From contig NMRA01000553.1 in assembly GCA_002633005.1 (NCBI GenBank), positions 160,830 to 224,829 on the forward strand: a stretch of DNA of 64,000 bases, written 5' to 3'. Below the pieces are notes generated by a model that was not told where the DNA came from, did not search any database, and saw only the letters and a list, made by a program, of their open reading frames with translations. Shown here in pieces: positions 13,570 through 26,660 of this stretch. The stretch is from Phoronis australis. Its lineage: Eukaryota; Animalia; Phoronida. Both the position numbers and the translations under genes were made by a program. The stretch's first letter is position 1; every line of letters starts with the position of its first letter.

Positions 13570-14548
13570 AAACTTAGAAAGTGGCTCGCGGTAGTGAAGA
13601 ATGAAAGGTACGCTGTTAATAGCAAGTATGAGGCCGTGAAACATCTGGTGTCTGTGGCCGGCATTTCGTCAAACACAGTGATTTCTCTCACGAATTGCGG
13701 CTTACCAAAGAACTATCCATACGTTCTGTTGCCTGTGCATGCTCACGGTGCCTCTCTAGTATTTCTTGATCAGTGTATTCAGGTTCGAACTGATAGCCTG
13801 TATAACGATCCGACCCGTGAAGTCTTCGTCGGATAAGCTCTTGACTTAGTTGGGATTGGCGCCGGGCGAGTTGCTGTGTAGACGTTTATTATTCTGCATT
13901 CTGTTTCAAAATGAATTATTCTAATCCTAACCAATGCAACTTATATAAAAGTGAAACAAAGTATGTCTCATTAGACACAATTTGTAATGCCTTTAGAGTA
14001 TTCGTGAGTGCAAATGTTGAGAAACCAGCAATGAATAAACCACTGCGTTACCGGCTTTTGTTATTTTGATGCCGGCAATAAAGATAATTGACAGGGCACC
14101 AAGGCTGTGTGAGCCCATGCCTATACAGTGTTTGCTGACAGAAAGCTGTTGTGAAACAATTACTCGATTTTATATGCTATGGTCACATGTTAAGGGAATC
14201 TTTATTTAGCAATACAAATACATTATCCAAATCATTGTTACTGTACAACCTTTGCCCTGACAGTCTGTGGAAAGGGAACCCAACTTCGCAGCCCCCGAAA
14301 AATAAGTAGATTTTCAGTTTCGTGGCTAATTCACATAAATAATTACTTGCACATTATTTCTTTGGCTCTTTTCGTGACTGGAGGTTTAGTTTCCAACTCA
14401 AGCTGGTTTATGTTCGTGCCAGTCCCGGCGGCAACGACAGACCTGATCGGGTTCCGAGCCAGTGGCCGGGATAACGAGTCAGTCCGGCTGTGACGGGCCT
14501 GATCGGGTTCCGAGCCACTGGCCGGGATAACAAGTGTTTTGTGTGTTT
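13570..14548 (+). mobile_element. Degenerate THAP-domain transposon relic, inverted homolog of the 63.1-63.6 kb element
   Basis: LRKWLAVVKNERYAVNSKYEAVKHL closely matches the 63374..63718 ORF, with a frameshift before VCGRHF. 14320-14548 matches 63120-63364. Confidence 0.75.
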
Positions 14549-16509
14549 AGAACTCAAAAAGTCACAAGTCTACACAATGCAGATCTAGGTTCTCTTGTCC
14601 GTATTTCACGGAAGAATACTTCGAATTTATCTCCACACAGACCCCTAACTCCTGCTACAGACCTTGGTAAATTGGCAGGACTCGACATAACAGGCTGCAG
14701 GTCGCATTTGCGACCTGAAATTTGGAAATGCGAGCTGAGATTTCTGTCAGCTCGTATCAAGTCGCAAAATGCGACCTGGAATTTCCAACGAATGCGAGCT
14801 GAGTTTTTACACTTCTCAACAGATACCTGGCAAATACAAAGCAGCTCTTGTTAATCCGACCGTTATTTGGTTGTTGCCAAATCAAAGTTCAAAAGAACAC
14901 TAACCGAGAACAGTCCTACTTGTAAGCAAGTCGCGTGAACATGGAATATGCAGAATCGATCTTTGACGCGTTTCATTGGCTAACACTTTCGGCCACTTTT
15001 GTAAATTCCCGGATTCGCCGAAGAAAGTTTCGGGCCANNNNNNNNNNNNNNNNNNNNNNNNNNNNNNNNNNNNNNNNNNNNNNNNNNNNNNNNNNNNNNN
15101 NNNNNNNNNNNNNNNNNNNNNNNNNNNNNNNNNNNNNNNNNNNNNNNNNNNNNNNNNNNNNNNNNNNNNNNNNNNNNNNNNNNNNNNNNNNNNNNNNNNN
15201 NNNNNNNNNNNNNNNNNNNNNNNNNNNNNNNNNNNNNNNNNNNNNNNNNNNNNNNNNNNNNNNNNNNNNNNNNNNNNNNNNNNNNNNNNNNNNNNNNNNN
15301 NNNNNNNNNNNNNNNNNNNNNNNNNNNNNNNNNNNNNNNNNNNNNNNNNNNNNNNNNNNNNNNNNNNNNNNNNNNNNNNNNNNNNNNNNNNNNNNNNNNN
15401 NNNNNNNNNNNNNNNNNNNNNNNNNNNNNNNNNNNNNNNNNNNNNNNNNNNNNNNNNNNNNNNNNNNNNNNNNNNNNNNNNNNNNNNNNNNNNNNNNNNN
15501 NNNNNNNNNNNNNNNNNNNNNNNNNNNNNNNNNNNNNNNNNNNGAAATCGCAAAATTGTACGTAGTGACTTCTCTTTGTCGGCTGTGTTGACTTTAAGGT
15601 CAATATCTTCGCACAGGAACGTCTAATCGAAATGGTTTTTTTGGCAAATTATTCATCATAAAAAGTTCTTTAAAATGATGTATTACATGTCTATTTACGT
15701 TTCTTAGTTTTGAAATAATAATATTTTGAACTCGCAGATTCGATTTGACAGAATTTTTACCAAAAATTTTGACACGAAAATGACATTTTCTCCGGAACCA
15801 TAAGTCCAATTTAAAAAATTTTACTATCGTTATTTTAGTCTCGAAAAGAGCTTTCTAATGATGTATATTACATGCACATTTTCTAAAATTTTTGAAAAAT
15901 GCTGTCCTCCCTAAAGCAGGGCAGTTTTTATGTCAATTTTATACATTACTTTAGTCATTACGAATCTGAATCTCTGGAGTGACATTCTTTGAACCGACTA
16001 AGGTTTATAGCTACACAGAATAGCTTACTGTCAGCAAACTATTGATTTATCCTTACTCCTTTCATTCAGGCAGTAAATGATTCATATCTACGTATATCTA
16101 CTGTTTATTGGCTAACATTCGCGGCCATTTTCAAGCCAATTTGACCTGACCCAATTTTAAACATTCTTGACCTAATTTAAGAAGATATTAAAATGGACGG
16201 GAAATCAAGAACAGACGTCATCAAAATCACCCCTCGTAATTTTCAGACATTGTTACACTTGGAAATATGAACGTCGCAGGATTATAGATTCTAGTCTGCT
16301 TACAGAAGAGTAAAATCCGAAATGGTGAGAGCAGCTACTTGCCAACAGCGGCCCCGGCAAGTTGTGGCTGGGTGTGACCGGCAATGCAGTATTAATTTAC
16401 CTTAATCACCAAAAGCTCTCTCACGAGAACACGCAAACTAGCGAAAGCTTAAACAACGAATATACTTTGTAAAAATATCAAAGTATGAACATGTGAACAT
16501 TTGTCTTAC

Positions 16510-16580
16510 CTTCAAATTTCTTTAATAAAAACTTGACATCAAACACAACTCTCTTGACCTTGTGAAGTCTAAAATGGCGG
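16510..16580 (-). other. Probable non-coding first exon of alpha-spectrin
   Basis: Strong donor AAG|GTAAGA after 16510 and a YY1-type CCGCCATTTT at 16571-16580. The ATG exon has an upstream acceptor, so a 5' exon is required. Confidence 0.5.
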
Positions 16581-17100
16581 CTAAGGCGTTTGTTCGCCCC
16601 CTGTGAAAAATCGATAAATATGTTGACTTATCAATTTTTCCGGGTAAGTACGCTTATTTATGCATTTGGAAGTTACTATAAAATATATTGTTTCATTTTT
16701 AATTCAATGTGTGATAGAAAAGAGTTAATCTTTTGCAAATGACGGAACATATTCCGTTCATTACAGTTTCCCTCAATGAATGGAAAAGCAAAAAGTCACG
16801 TGACGACGCGGATCGTAGAAAAGACCATAATTATCAGCTGGATGCTCGTGTATAGCAACCTAATTAATTTTGTGAAAGTGCGAGCCCAAATATTAAGATC
16901 TCTGAGTAGAAGTTGCTTTAGAATTAACCCATAGCATTTATCTTAAAGGTGCGACAATTTTTTGTGGATTGAAACTTCGTATTCTAAACCAAAATTAATA
17001 TTTACGATAAATGAGGCCGTTCTTCCGTTTCGTTTTTCCGACTAGTGTAGGCTACGTCACATGACTGGGCCTGCCGGGTACCCGGAGTGGGAAGGTGGCA
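16570..17100. promoter_or_regulatory. Putative bidirectional promoter between spectrin and TREX-A
   Basis: YY1 motif, palindromic E-box GTCACGTGAC (16795-16804) and CRE/E-box-like ACGTCACATGAC (~17054), between divergent genes. Confidence 0.4.
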
Positions 17101-18048
17101 GTACTGTCTTACCCATGCCATGGAAGCTTATTTCGATACATGTTATAACATAGCTCCAGAATTGTGGGAATCTCTCTCCCTCCTAGCCCCCCCCCCCTCA
17201 TTGACGGTAGGCTAGTTGTCTAGACAATGAGCCAGCTAGACGGAGGTGAATGTTTACTTGCAGTCCTGCTGATCAACGTGGGTCTCTTTCTCTTCAGCCC
17301 ATAGCTCTGGCCGTTGGCACCAACATCTGAGAACCGTGTCAACCTGAGTAATTGTTCACACTCACCCAAACGGTTTGAGGACTTTGAGATGTAAATAGTA
17401 ACAAGTTGAAATAGCATGCCATATGTCACCCTATGGCTATGATGCTTTGTTTATGTTAGATTGGTGTTTTGATGAATTATGGGTGTTTGTTGTAAATTGT
17501 AACAGCTTGACCTTTAGAGCTGGAATTCCAAAAGAATTTAGGTTGACATTTTATAGTGACATGTGTTTCTATATACTCTTGAGATAGTTTGACATTGTTA
17601 GTCCTAATTTTTGAATTGTTGATTGACTTGACATTTCCACTGAGAAGGGGAGAGATGTCATGTATCAACTTACACCATGGGCTTTACTGATTGTTTATCA
17701 CAAGACAGCCATGTGGCATATGAACCCATGACCTTTGATTCTCCTTATATTGACTCTCACTGCTAGATGCTAGTTAGTTAACCATTGGACTTGAATGTCA
17801 TTGTATGTGCTTTGATGCAGTTCTTATATCTAATACGTTATATATGATTGAATTTGTGTGGTTACTCACATTATATGAGTGGGACTTTTAAACTGCTTCC
17901 GGCATCTTGTGCAGCTTTCCAGATTCTAAGGGTTGTTCCTATGTGACGCCAAAAATTGTCAACTTAAAAAAACTAAATGGCATATTGTTTTACCTATCAG
18001 TTTCCTCTTTTGCAGTAGTTTACGTGTCTTGCTGCCCTTGACGTAACC

Positions 18049-18182
18049 ATGGAGACAGTGTGTGCAGACCAACAGCAAAAACCACAGATCTCTACGTTTG
18101 TTTTCTTTGACTTGGAAACTACCGGGCTGACCATTGATAATCAAACAAAAATCACAGAATTATCGATGGTCGCTGTGGACAG
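18049..18182 (+). CDS. TREX1/TREX2-like DEDDh 3'-5' exonuclease (TREX-A), coding exon 1 with ExoI FVFFDLETTGL
   Basis: Manual translation METVCAD...STFVFFDLETTGL...ITELSMVAVDR. Acceptor ends at 18015, donor GT at 18183, phase 2. Confidence 0.92.
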
Positions 18183-18733
18183 GTGATGTGTATAGTTTGC
18201 GATTCTTTGCATATCCAGCACTTAGTAGGATTATTAAGTGGAGTTTTTAATTCTCAATTTCCTTCGATTTATTGCTTCTTTGAGCTGTTGATGCTATTTC
18301 TTTGGGAATGGGGGGGAGATAGTCTGAAGTCCATTGCTCCCGTACATACTGGCATCTGAAGTCATCTTGATAGTTTTTGAAGGAAGGTGCAATGTTTTAT
18401 TCTGCTGTTCACCTTATGAAACTTATTGTTTCTAGTCATCAGCACAGTTCCAACTGCACCTCACAAGAATTCTCAGTCCTTAGACAAATCTGACATGTAA
18501 TTAGGCCATTCAAAAATCTGTAACAGGGAAAGCCTTCTGTTGAATTTTCTTCAAGACAAATTGGTTGAAATTGATGCTGGCAGGCACTTGTTAAACACGC
18601 ATGCTTGCACTCTGTTTGTGTGTGCGTGTGTGTATGGGTGCATTATTTTCAATACTGATATGCAGGTTTCATTTTGAGTCAGGCTGCAGACAAGAATCAC
18701 CTGTTCAATAAGCATGGTTGTTTCTCCTTCTAG

Positions 18734-18846
18734 GCAGTCTCTACTAGACTCACAGCAAAGACACCAGTTGCCACGGGTGATGAATAAGTTACTAGTGCCA
18801 ATCAATCCCATTAGAGCAGTGCCACCCATTGTGTTTGAGCTGACAG
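18734..18846 (+). CDS. TREX-A exon 2 (QSLLD...LPRVMNKL...FELTG)
   Basis: 113 nt, phases compatible. TREX-family PRVxxKL and LTGL motifs. Confidence 0.92.
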
Positions 18847-21405
18847 GTTTGTAACTCAGTCATGGGGCTTTGTTAAGCACCAAACTCATTCCCAGAAGGT
18901 CCAAGCTTGTCTTGACATGCTCCAGTAATGAGCTGAAGACTGACAAAAAATGGACAAAGTTGGCTAAGACCAATGCAATACACTCAGCGCAGTCCTTACT
19001 CCGATCATCCAATGCTTTGTCGGTTTCCACTCTGTTTTCAAGGTTGCTCTACTGAGGGCAAATTTAGTGTGACACGACCTTAACACTTACACATCGAAGC
19101 TTTTGAATGGCGGTTACTGGTGCATAATAGGGCCGTTCTGGATTACACAGCGATAGAACTTTCGTTTGTCCTGGAGATTAGAAAGCGCATGACCTCATTT
19201 TGTAAATCAGGCACATTTTGGTGTCTCTCATTGATGGCGGGAAGGTGAAGAATTTCAGACCTCGTATCCACGAGTATTTGTCCAATTTATCAAGCTTTCT
19301 CATGTCAGAGTTGTAGTAATACTTTGTTGGTATTGGAGGGACGAATAGAATAATGCAACCAAGAAAAACTTGTAAAGAATTAAATAACAAATAGCGTGAA
19401 ACTTCAGTGGCACGAAAACGAGGCAGCAAATGTGCGTGACGGATGTTTACGTCATTGTGGGTAAATACAGTGAGATTGGAGTGTTGCTATGTAATCCGGG
19501 ATGACCCTTTATTATGCAGCTGAGTTGTACATTTTTTTCTATTGGAATGCAATTTTTCATGTTACAATTTATGACATAGCTTTATATCCAAGTCTGTCTC
19601 ACAAACAATAACACGAATCTGCCACCTTCATGGTTGATATGGTCTATGGAAAATCTTTGGAGGACAACCTTACATTTACTGTCTGGTGGTGGCTCAAGTT
19701 TCAGCACACGTTTGAGTTTCAATATTTTGCCTGATGTATTGATTGTGATTTATGACACGGCTTATTGGGTCAGGCTGAAATTACAAACCCTGTTATTCGG
19801 CAACAGTAACCAAATGCTATACTGCTGAGCCAAATTTCACAGATTAAATAGCAGAGTATTTTAAGGGCTGTTCCAGTAAAATCTGTATAGGAGGGGGGGG
19901 GGAAGGCACCTTTTTTTCGCACCCACCACCCATATTTTTCATTTATTTCTTCAGCCTACCACCCGTAATTTTTTATAAGTTTGGAATGCAACCAACTGTA
20001 ATTTTTTTTTGTTCTTGTGGTTGACTGCACAGGCGCTTGAGTTTATCTGTTCCTGCATCATTACTAAGAAAACATATGTTTCTTATATATGGTTATCAGC
20101 CGTCGAGAAATTCGAGTACCTGTGGTTAAATGGTATTATGGGCATGCGGATGAGGAGATCGGAGGGAGTGAAAAAGTCGGAGCTTTTTGCAGGTTGCATT
20201 TTTGTTTCAGTTTTTGATTCTGTGCGGATTGTTTATAAAATTCACTAAAATTACCCACCATCAAACATTTATGGCCCAATGAAACAACAACGACCTGTAA
20301 ATTTTTATTTTTTTGAAGNTGAATAAGTTACTAGTGCCAATCAATCCCATTAGAGCAGTGCCACCCATTGTGTTTGAGCTGACAGGTTTGTAACTCAGTC
20401 ATGGGGCTTTGTTAAGCACCAAACTCATTCCCAGAAGGTCCAAGCTTGTCTTGACATGCTCCAGTAATGAGCTGAAGACTGACAAAAAATGGACAAAGTT
20501 GGCTAAGACCAATGCAATACACTCAGCGCAGTCCTTACTCCGATCATCCAATGCTTTGTCGGTTTCCACTCTGTTTTCAAGGTTGCTCTACTGAGGGCAA
20601 ATTTAGTGTGACACGACCTTAACACTTACACATCGAAGCTTTTGAATGGCGGTTACTGGTGCATAATAGGGCCGTTCTGGATTACACAGCGATAGAACTT
20701 TCGTTTGTCCTGGAGATTAGAAAGCGCATGACCTCATTTTGTAAATCAGGCACATTTTGGTGTCTCTCATTGATGGCGGGAAGGTGAAGAATTTCAGACC
20801 ACGTATCCACGAGTATTTGTCCAATTTATCAAGCTTTCTCATGTCAGAGTTGCAGTAATACTTTGTTGGTATTGGAGGGACGAATAGAATAATGCAACCA
20901 AGAAAAACTTGTAAAGAATTAAATAACAAATAGCGTGAAACTTCAGTGGCACGAAAACGAGGCAGCAAATGTGCGTGACGGATGTTTATGTCATTGTGGG
21001 TAAATACAGTGAGATTGGAGTGTTGCTATGTAATCCGGGATGACCCTTCATTATGCAGCTGAGTTGTACATTTTTTTCTATTGGAATGCAATTTTTCATG
21101 TTACAATTTATGACATAGCTTTATATCCAAGTCTGTCTCACAAACAATAACACGAATCTGCCACCTTCATGGTTGATATGGTCTATGGGCAATCTTTGGA
21201 GGACAACCTTACATTTACTGTCTGGTGGTGACTCAAATTTCAGCACACGTTTGAGTTTCAATATTTTGCCTGATGTATTGATTGTGATTTATAACATGGC
21301 TAATTGGGTCAGGCTGAAATTACAAACCCAGTTATTCGACAACAGTGACCAAATGCTGTACTGCTGAGCCAAATTTCACAGATTAAATAGCAGAGTATTT
21401 TAAGG
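18781..21405. repeat. ~1.09 kb direct duplication (18781-19866 / 20320-21405) across one N; probable haplotype artefact that duplicates part of TREX-A exon 2
   Basis: Near-identical copies at offset 1539, N at 20319. Confidence 0.85.
19865..20318. mobile_element. Insertion at a TTAA site present in only one of the duplicated copies (Kolobok-like terminus)
   Basis: Copy 1 reads TTAA|GGGCTGTTCC..., copy 2 reads TTAA|GGTAAA.... Truncated by the N. Confidence 0.5.
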
Positions 21406-21711
21406 TAAAATTGGTAAACACACCGTCATTGATTTCCGCCAGATAATGGCAAGAATTTGTGGATATGTAACAAAGTCACAAAAACTTTACGGCTTTTGTT
21501 GTTTTGCAGATCTGGCCAAAGCTAATGACTTCAGAAGTCTATCCCATTCATCCCGTCCAACAATCCAAAATGCGTTTCTCATCCATAAAAGGATAATGCC
21601 CCTTTAAATGGAAATGAAGCAGTGGCACTTCTGAAAGGGTTGGATTTAATTTTGATTATTGTTCAATATCATTTAAGTTTTTGGCCATGACTGTTCTCTT
21701 TGACGTTACAG

Positions 21712-22625
21712 GTCTTGACAACATGAACCTACAGTTTCAAAAGGACTTTGATGACGACTTATCCACTCTGGTCAATGCGTTTCTTCATCGTCTACGTCCT
21801 CCTGTCTGCTTGGTAGCTCATAACGGGTACAGGTTTGACTTCCCATTTTTATTGAAAGAACTGATAGGTGTCTCTGCACGACTGCCACAATCGTTACTCT
21901 GCGTCGACTCTTTAGTCGCTTTCCGTGCTTGTGACTGGTCGTCAGTAGTGTGCTTGAAAAATAAAAACGAGGTTACGCCAGCGAAGCGATTGATTACAAG
22001 GAATGCAGAGACCCCTGAGGCAAAGAGAAGGATATTGGAAGATGATGTAAGGTCTGGCACAGTGCCAGATGTTGTCCGAGAACTCTTTCCAGAGAAGCAG
22101 GCATCGGGTACCAGTGAAGGGGTAACCTATGGAAATGCAACCAGTTTTTACTGGTCCGATTTAGCAGAAATTATGGATGAGCCGTGGGTTGATGAGGAAG
22201 TCATGCCGTCACGGCCTTCCAAGAACTCTTTGAATCTGGAGGTTGGGAATGGCGTGCACGTCGGTAACAAACATTCAGATAGAACCCTGTCTACTCCAGT
22301 CAAGGGAAACACTCAGTGCACGTTCTCTGAAAGGATTGGTCCAAGGGCTGAGTGTAACACACCGTCTAACATGCGATACAAACCAGTTTCTATGAAGTTG
22401 TGTGATGTATTTGAGTTTGTGGTTGGACGGCCTCCGGATAATGCTCATTCAGCGGAAGATGATAGCTTATCTCTGCTACGCATTGCACAACGTATTGCAG
22501 ATTGGTTCTGCAGCTGGGCTGACCAAAATGCAATGTCATTTGCTAGCACGGAAATAAAGTTTGATGTGAAGAAATCAAGCAATCTTGATAGGGGGTGCTT
22601 CCCGTGCGATTCCAATACTGTCTAG
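21712..22625 (+). CDS. TREX-A exon 3 (ExoII CLVAHNGYRFDFP, ExoIII AHSAEDD); total 386 aa
   Basis: ORF 21681..22625, acceptor CAG ends 21711. All D-E-D-H-D residues present. Confidence 0.93.
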
Positions 22626-24835
22626 TGTTACCATGTTGGGCTATTTTTGCTAATGGAGTGATTTACATATGGTGCTTTTGGTCCGAGAATTATACATTTT
22701 TATGAAAGTTATGGTAAAATTGCTTCAGTTCGTGACCCGGTGTGGCGGAGAAGTGAAATTTTATTTGTCAAATTTGTCAACGAAAATAGATTTTGAGGCA
22801 AATTTACTTCCCTTTTAGCATGGTTTGTATGGCGTAGCTATTACAGAACAGCATTGGGTGATATTGTGTCCATTTGTAACAATGTGGCAAGCCTCTGAAA
22901 ATAGTTAACTTAAACAATTATTTTTGTACACCATATTGAAGAATTTTTTTCATGCTATGGTAAAATTTCGCATCAGGAAGTAATGATATTAATGTTTATA
23001 TTTTGCTAAAAAATATGAGATAGAGTTTTATTTCAGGTTGTTATTGTATTCATATTTTATTAGATTTGACAATGATTTTTAAGTCTTCCACCAGGTAGTT
23101 ATAAATTCAAACGTGATGAATGTACACATGAATACTCAGATTCTGATATATGAATACATCAATGTCATTTTTATCGTTGGTCACTTGGTTCTGATTGAGA
23201 AGTAGATAACCAAAATCACCACTTGTTTTTATGAGTTATGGCCAGCGCAGTGACTGGTGCCAGGTTTCTGTGAAATTGTATTTATTTTCTTTCCTCTTTT
23301 ACGTATTTCATTGCACATATTTTTGTCCCAATTCTTAGGTCACTCAGCCTTGTACCATACCTATACAAATGGTATATCTCTATTAATTATTCTTTTTCAA
23401 GATGTTTTTTGTTACTTACTGCTTTTGTAGAAGAATTTTTATGGTAGTAGTAATAGCATTATCAATAGTAATAGTAACAATAATAATTAGTATTATTGTT
23501 AATTATAATTATTGCAATACTCAGTCATATGCCATACAAATATGGTTTTTGTACTACTAGATGTTGGTTGAAAGTCGTTATTATCGTGTACAGTAAATGT
23601 TCCCTTGGACCTTAAATAACAGGATAGTGTGCTTTTTTCAGTTAGCAGGAATTTTTGAAAATTGACCCATGGGTGGATATTGGAAAATGACCTTTCAAAA
23701 ACGTCAAATCAACCGAATATGCACCCTGGCATATTTTCAGAAAGAGGGCGTATTTCAGTCAGACAGTATACGAGCTGGGTGTCAGTGGATTACAGCCTGT
23801 ATGGTTCCATCAGGCAGAGAGAAGTAGAAACAAGTTCGTAATATGTCTCTTGGAAGGTGTCCGAATGTTTGCTTGTTTTTGACCACCTTCATGTAGTGAC
23901 GATCTGATTAACCTTGTCGTAAACGTGCAGGCTTGACATTTTGCACTATTGACATACTATTTTAAAACAATCCATTATATTTTCCAATATTTGCTGACAG
24001 TTCTTTATGGTGGGTCAATTTTCGGAAATCCCTGTTACAAAATTCGGATGAAACATCATTACGGTTAAGCTCCAGTCCTAACATAGTGTATAGTATACAA
24101 CTCATCAAATGACAAGTTGAGTTTTTATTTTTGTAATTGGTAACATTGTAGCAAAAGCGATGCAATATTTGTGGTCATTTTTGTGCCGAATGACTGAGTA
24201 GTTATTCTGTACAGTTTGATTATTTGATCATAGGTTGATACACTTAATAAAATTAAAATACCAGACACTGATTTATCTGTTGTTCTTTGACTAGTTTGGG
24301 TAATGGTATTTGAATTCGCCTGTGTGATAGGTGTGGGTCTGACATACTGTTTCTACTATGTCAACTGCAGATGGTGGGGTGATGTGGTGTTGGAAAATAA
24401 CACTTCGTGGTGTTGTGTGAGCCGGCGAGGTACGTCATTAGTATGTACAAATGTCACCTTTTTGCATATTTTTTTGTTTTCACATTTACAAGTTGTCCGT
24501 GAATGCAACTGCACTTTGTTTAGCTAGATGATGTACAAATACCATTGTTGTTTGGTTCCTGCTACACATTCCCATAGTTAGGAGAATTCAACTACGTCTT
24601 TAAGGAGACGTATTTGTTTGCAATACCAAGTCTTTGAAATTCTGTTTCATCTTATTTTCATCACCTGATTACTACACCGAGGTTTTGTATAACTTAAAAA
24701 CGTGTTCACTGGACAAATCGTGAATGCCTGCGTTTGGATAGCCAACCTTTCAGAGAGTCAACGAGATGAAATCCCTCTCTGAAACCAAGATTGAAACCAA
24801 AGATCCATTCGTTGAAAGCTTCCATGAAAGGTTAA

Positions 24836-25173
24836 AGCTGTCTTTTGCCAAATTTTGCTACCTAAAATTAGGCCGTTCCACTCGCTCAAAAGAGACCTCA
24901 TGATACTCTTTACAGTCTCGGCCTATTATATTTTCGTTACCAAAAAGAACAACGAAACCATCAGCGACTCTTGGAAAACCTTTGAGTTTATCGAGGTTGG
25001 TCAACCCTGAAACTTGAGAAATCGAAAATGTACGCATAATGCCTTGGAGTGTGATTAGAGTTGGCGGCTCATATGATAATACGAGAGCGGATGAGCGTGG
25101 TAATGCATTTTAAACCACAATGCGCCACGTTTAAGAATTCACGCAGACAGCTTAATACTAGCGAAATACAGCT
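24836..25173. mobile_element. Kolobok-type MITE with TTAA TSD
   Basis: TTAA|AGCTGTCTTTTGC ... GCGAAATACAGCT|TTAA (11/13 inverted match). Confidence 0.7.
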
Positions 25174-25828
25174 TTAACCATGTGCAATTTTTTCGCAAAA
25201 CAATCCGTCTGTCATTGTAGCAGTGTTTTTCCTTGGTTAATTCACTATTTATGTATATTGTTTGTTATCTGTGGATGAAACTTTCTTTCCATGTTCCAAA
25301 ATCGGGCAAAGTCTGCTGACTTCCGCGCAGTTGGCCGGAGGAGTTTAAAGTGTCCAAAACCATCACTCACCTAATTGTTTTTACAAGTGGCAACGTTGTT
25401 TCTAAACTCCGCGAACATGAGTTTGACGTACGAACTTACCCAGCTAGTCTGAGTGCAGTGGTGGCAGATCTTGGATACCGTAAGGGGGGGCCCAACATCA
25501 AACGGTTGCCTCGGGGAATTGGGCAAAGCGCGGTTGCATGTGCCAGTGCACAGGCGGCGGCCTGAAATTGGGGGGCTGGATGTGGACCTTCTGTTGAAAA
25601 CCTACTGGAGGAAACAACGATTCCGTCGCGGTCTGAGCCCCCCCCCCCCCCCNNNNNNNNNNNNNNNNNNNNNNNNNNNNNNNNNNNNNNNNNNNNNNNN
25701 NNNNNNNNNNNNNNNNNNNNNNNNNNNNNNNNNNGGGGGGGGGGGGTGGCCCTGCCCCCCCTTCCCCCTAAGTCCGCCTAATGTGAGTGCATTACGCATT
25801 GCACCGAACTAAACGTTTTTCTAACCTG

Positions 25829-25973
25829 GGCCCAGTTGCATAAAAGTTATACGCAGCATACTACAACAATGACCGCGCATTATCACGCGCGTCATGTAAC
25901 AATGCACCTAACGTCCCTCGACAATGATCAAACTGATTCAGCGGACCATTTTGAAGTTTTATGCAACCCAGCC
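25829..25973. mobile_element. PIF/Harbinger-like MITE
   Basis: TIRs GGCCCAGTTGCATAAAA / TTTTATGCAACCCAGCC flanked by CTG on both sides. Confidence 0.6.
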
Positions 25974-26476
25974 CTGATGTTCAAATCAGGCCGTGTTAAT
26001 CCGTGGGCGGCACGCCATAGGGCCGGGGGCTATAGCCCCCCATTTTTTTCAGTGCTGCGCCGCCCACATAATAGTGTGTAAATATAGAAATATATATTTG
26101 GTTGGAACTTGATTTACAATTAACCAAGGAGACACTGACAACAGTTAGATTAACTGAAGAACTTGAAGAAATCCGCACTTATAATATTATGGCGTGTACG
26201 AGATTTCGTTGATTCAGTCAGTGAAAAACTTCCAATAGGTTATTTTAATTTCCCCAAAGGTCAAAAAAAGGTGAGCTTCATGCTGGGGTTTCAGGAGCGC
26301 AGTGATGCTTGCCAGGCAAGAATGGTGAAACACATTCTCACGGTTTGCCTTTTACTCACAGTCCAGAGGTAACTGTAAACGCCGTGTAGTCCAATCGAAC
26401 GATAACGCAGTACCGGTACTGGCTGTCGGTTAGGCTCGTAGACTGTTACTACTGCATCATTTCATTGATAACTATG

Positions 26477-26591
26477 TACCCTCTTTCGAGGGTTCGAAAA
26501 ATAGTCTATAGACTCATTATAATGTTCCTCTCCACGGAAATCTTTAGTAAAAGGCGAAAGATTTATGCGTGGATTGAAGAGAAACCAGAGT
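26477..26591 (-). ncRNA. RNU5: U5 spliceosomal snRNA (copy A)
   Basis: Minus strand ACTCTGGTTTCTCTTCA...ATAAATCTTTCGCCTTTTACTAAAGATTTCCGTGGAGAGGAAC. Invariant loop 1 GCCUUUUAC, U-rich Sm site and 3' stem-loop. Confidence 0.96.
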
Positions 26592-26630
26592 AAATCAGAC
26601 ACTGTGCATCGATTTATTATAAGAACAATT

Positions 26631-26660
26631 AGGTAGTTTAAAACTGGTGTTAAATACCGG
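26631..26660 (-). promoter_or_regulatory. PSE-like element of U5 copy A
   Basis: Motif shared with the other copies at the same distance (GGTG core about -54 to -58). Confidence 0.55.

Noticed and set aside
14900-15626. Long ORFs over N-runs (also 25453-25812, 51122-51458, 58190-58996)
   Set aside because: Artefacts of translating assembly gaps.
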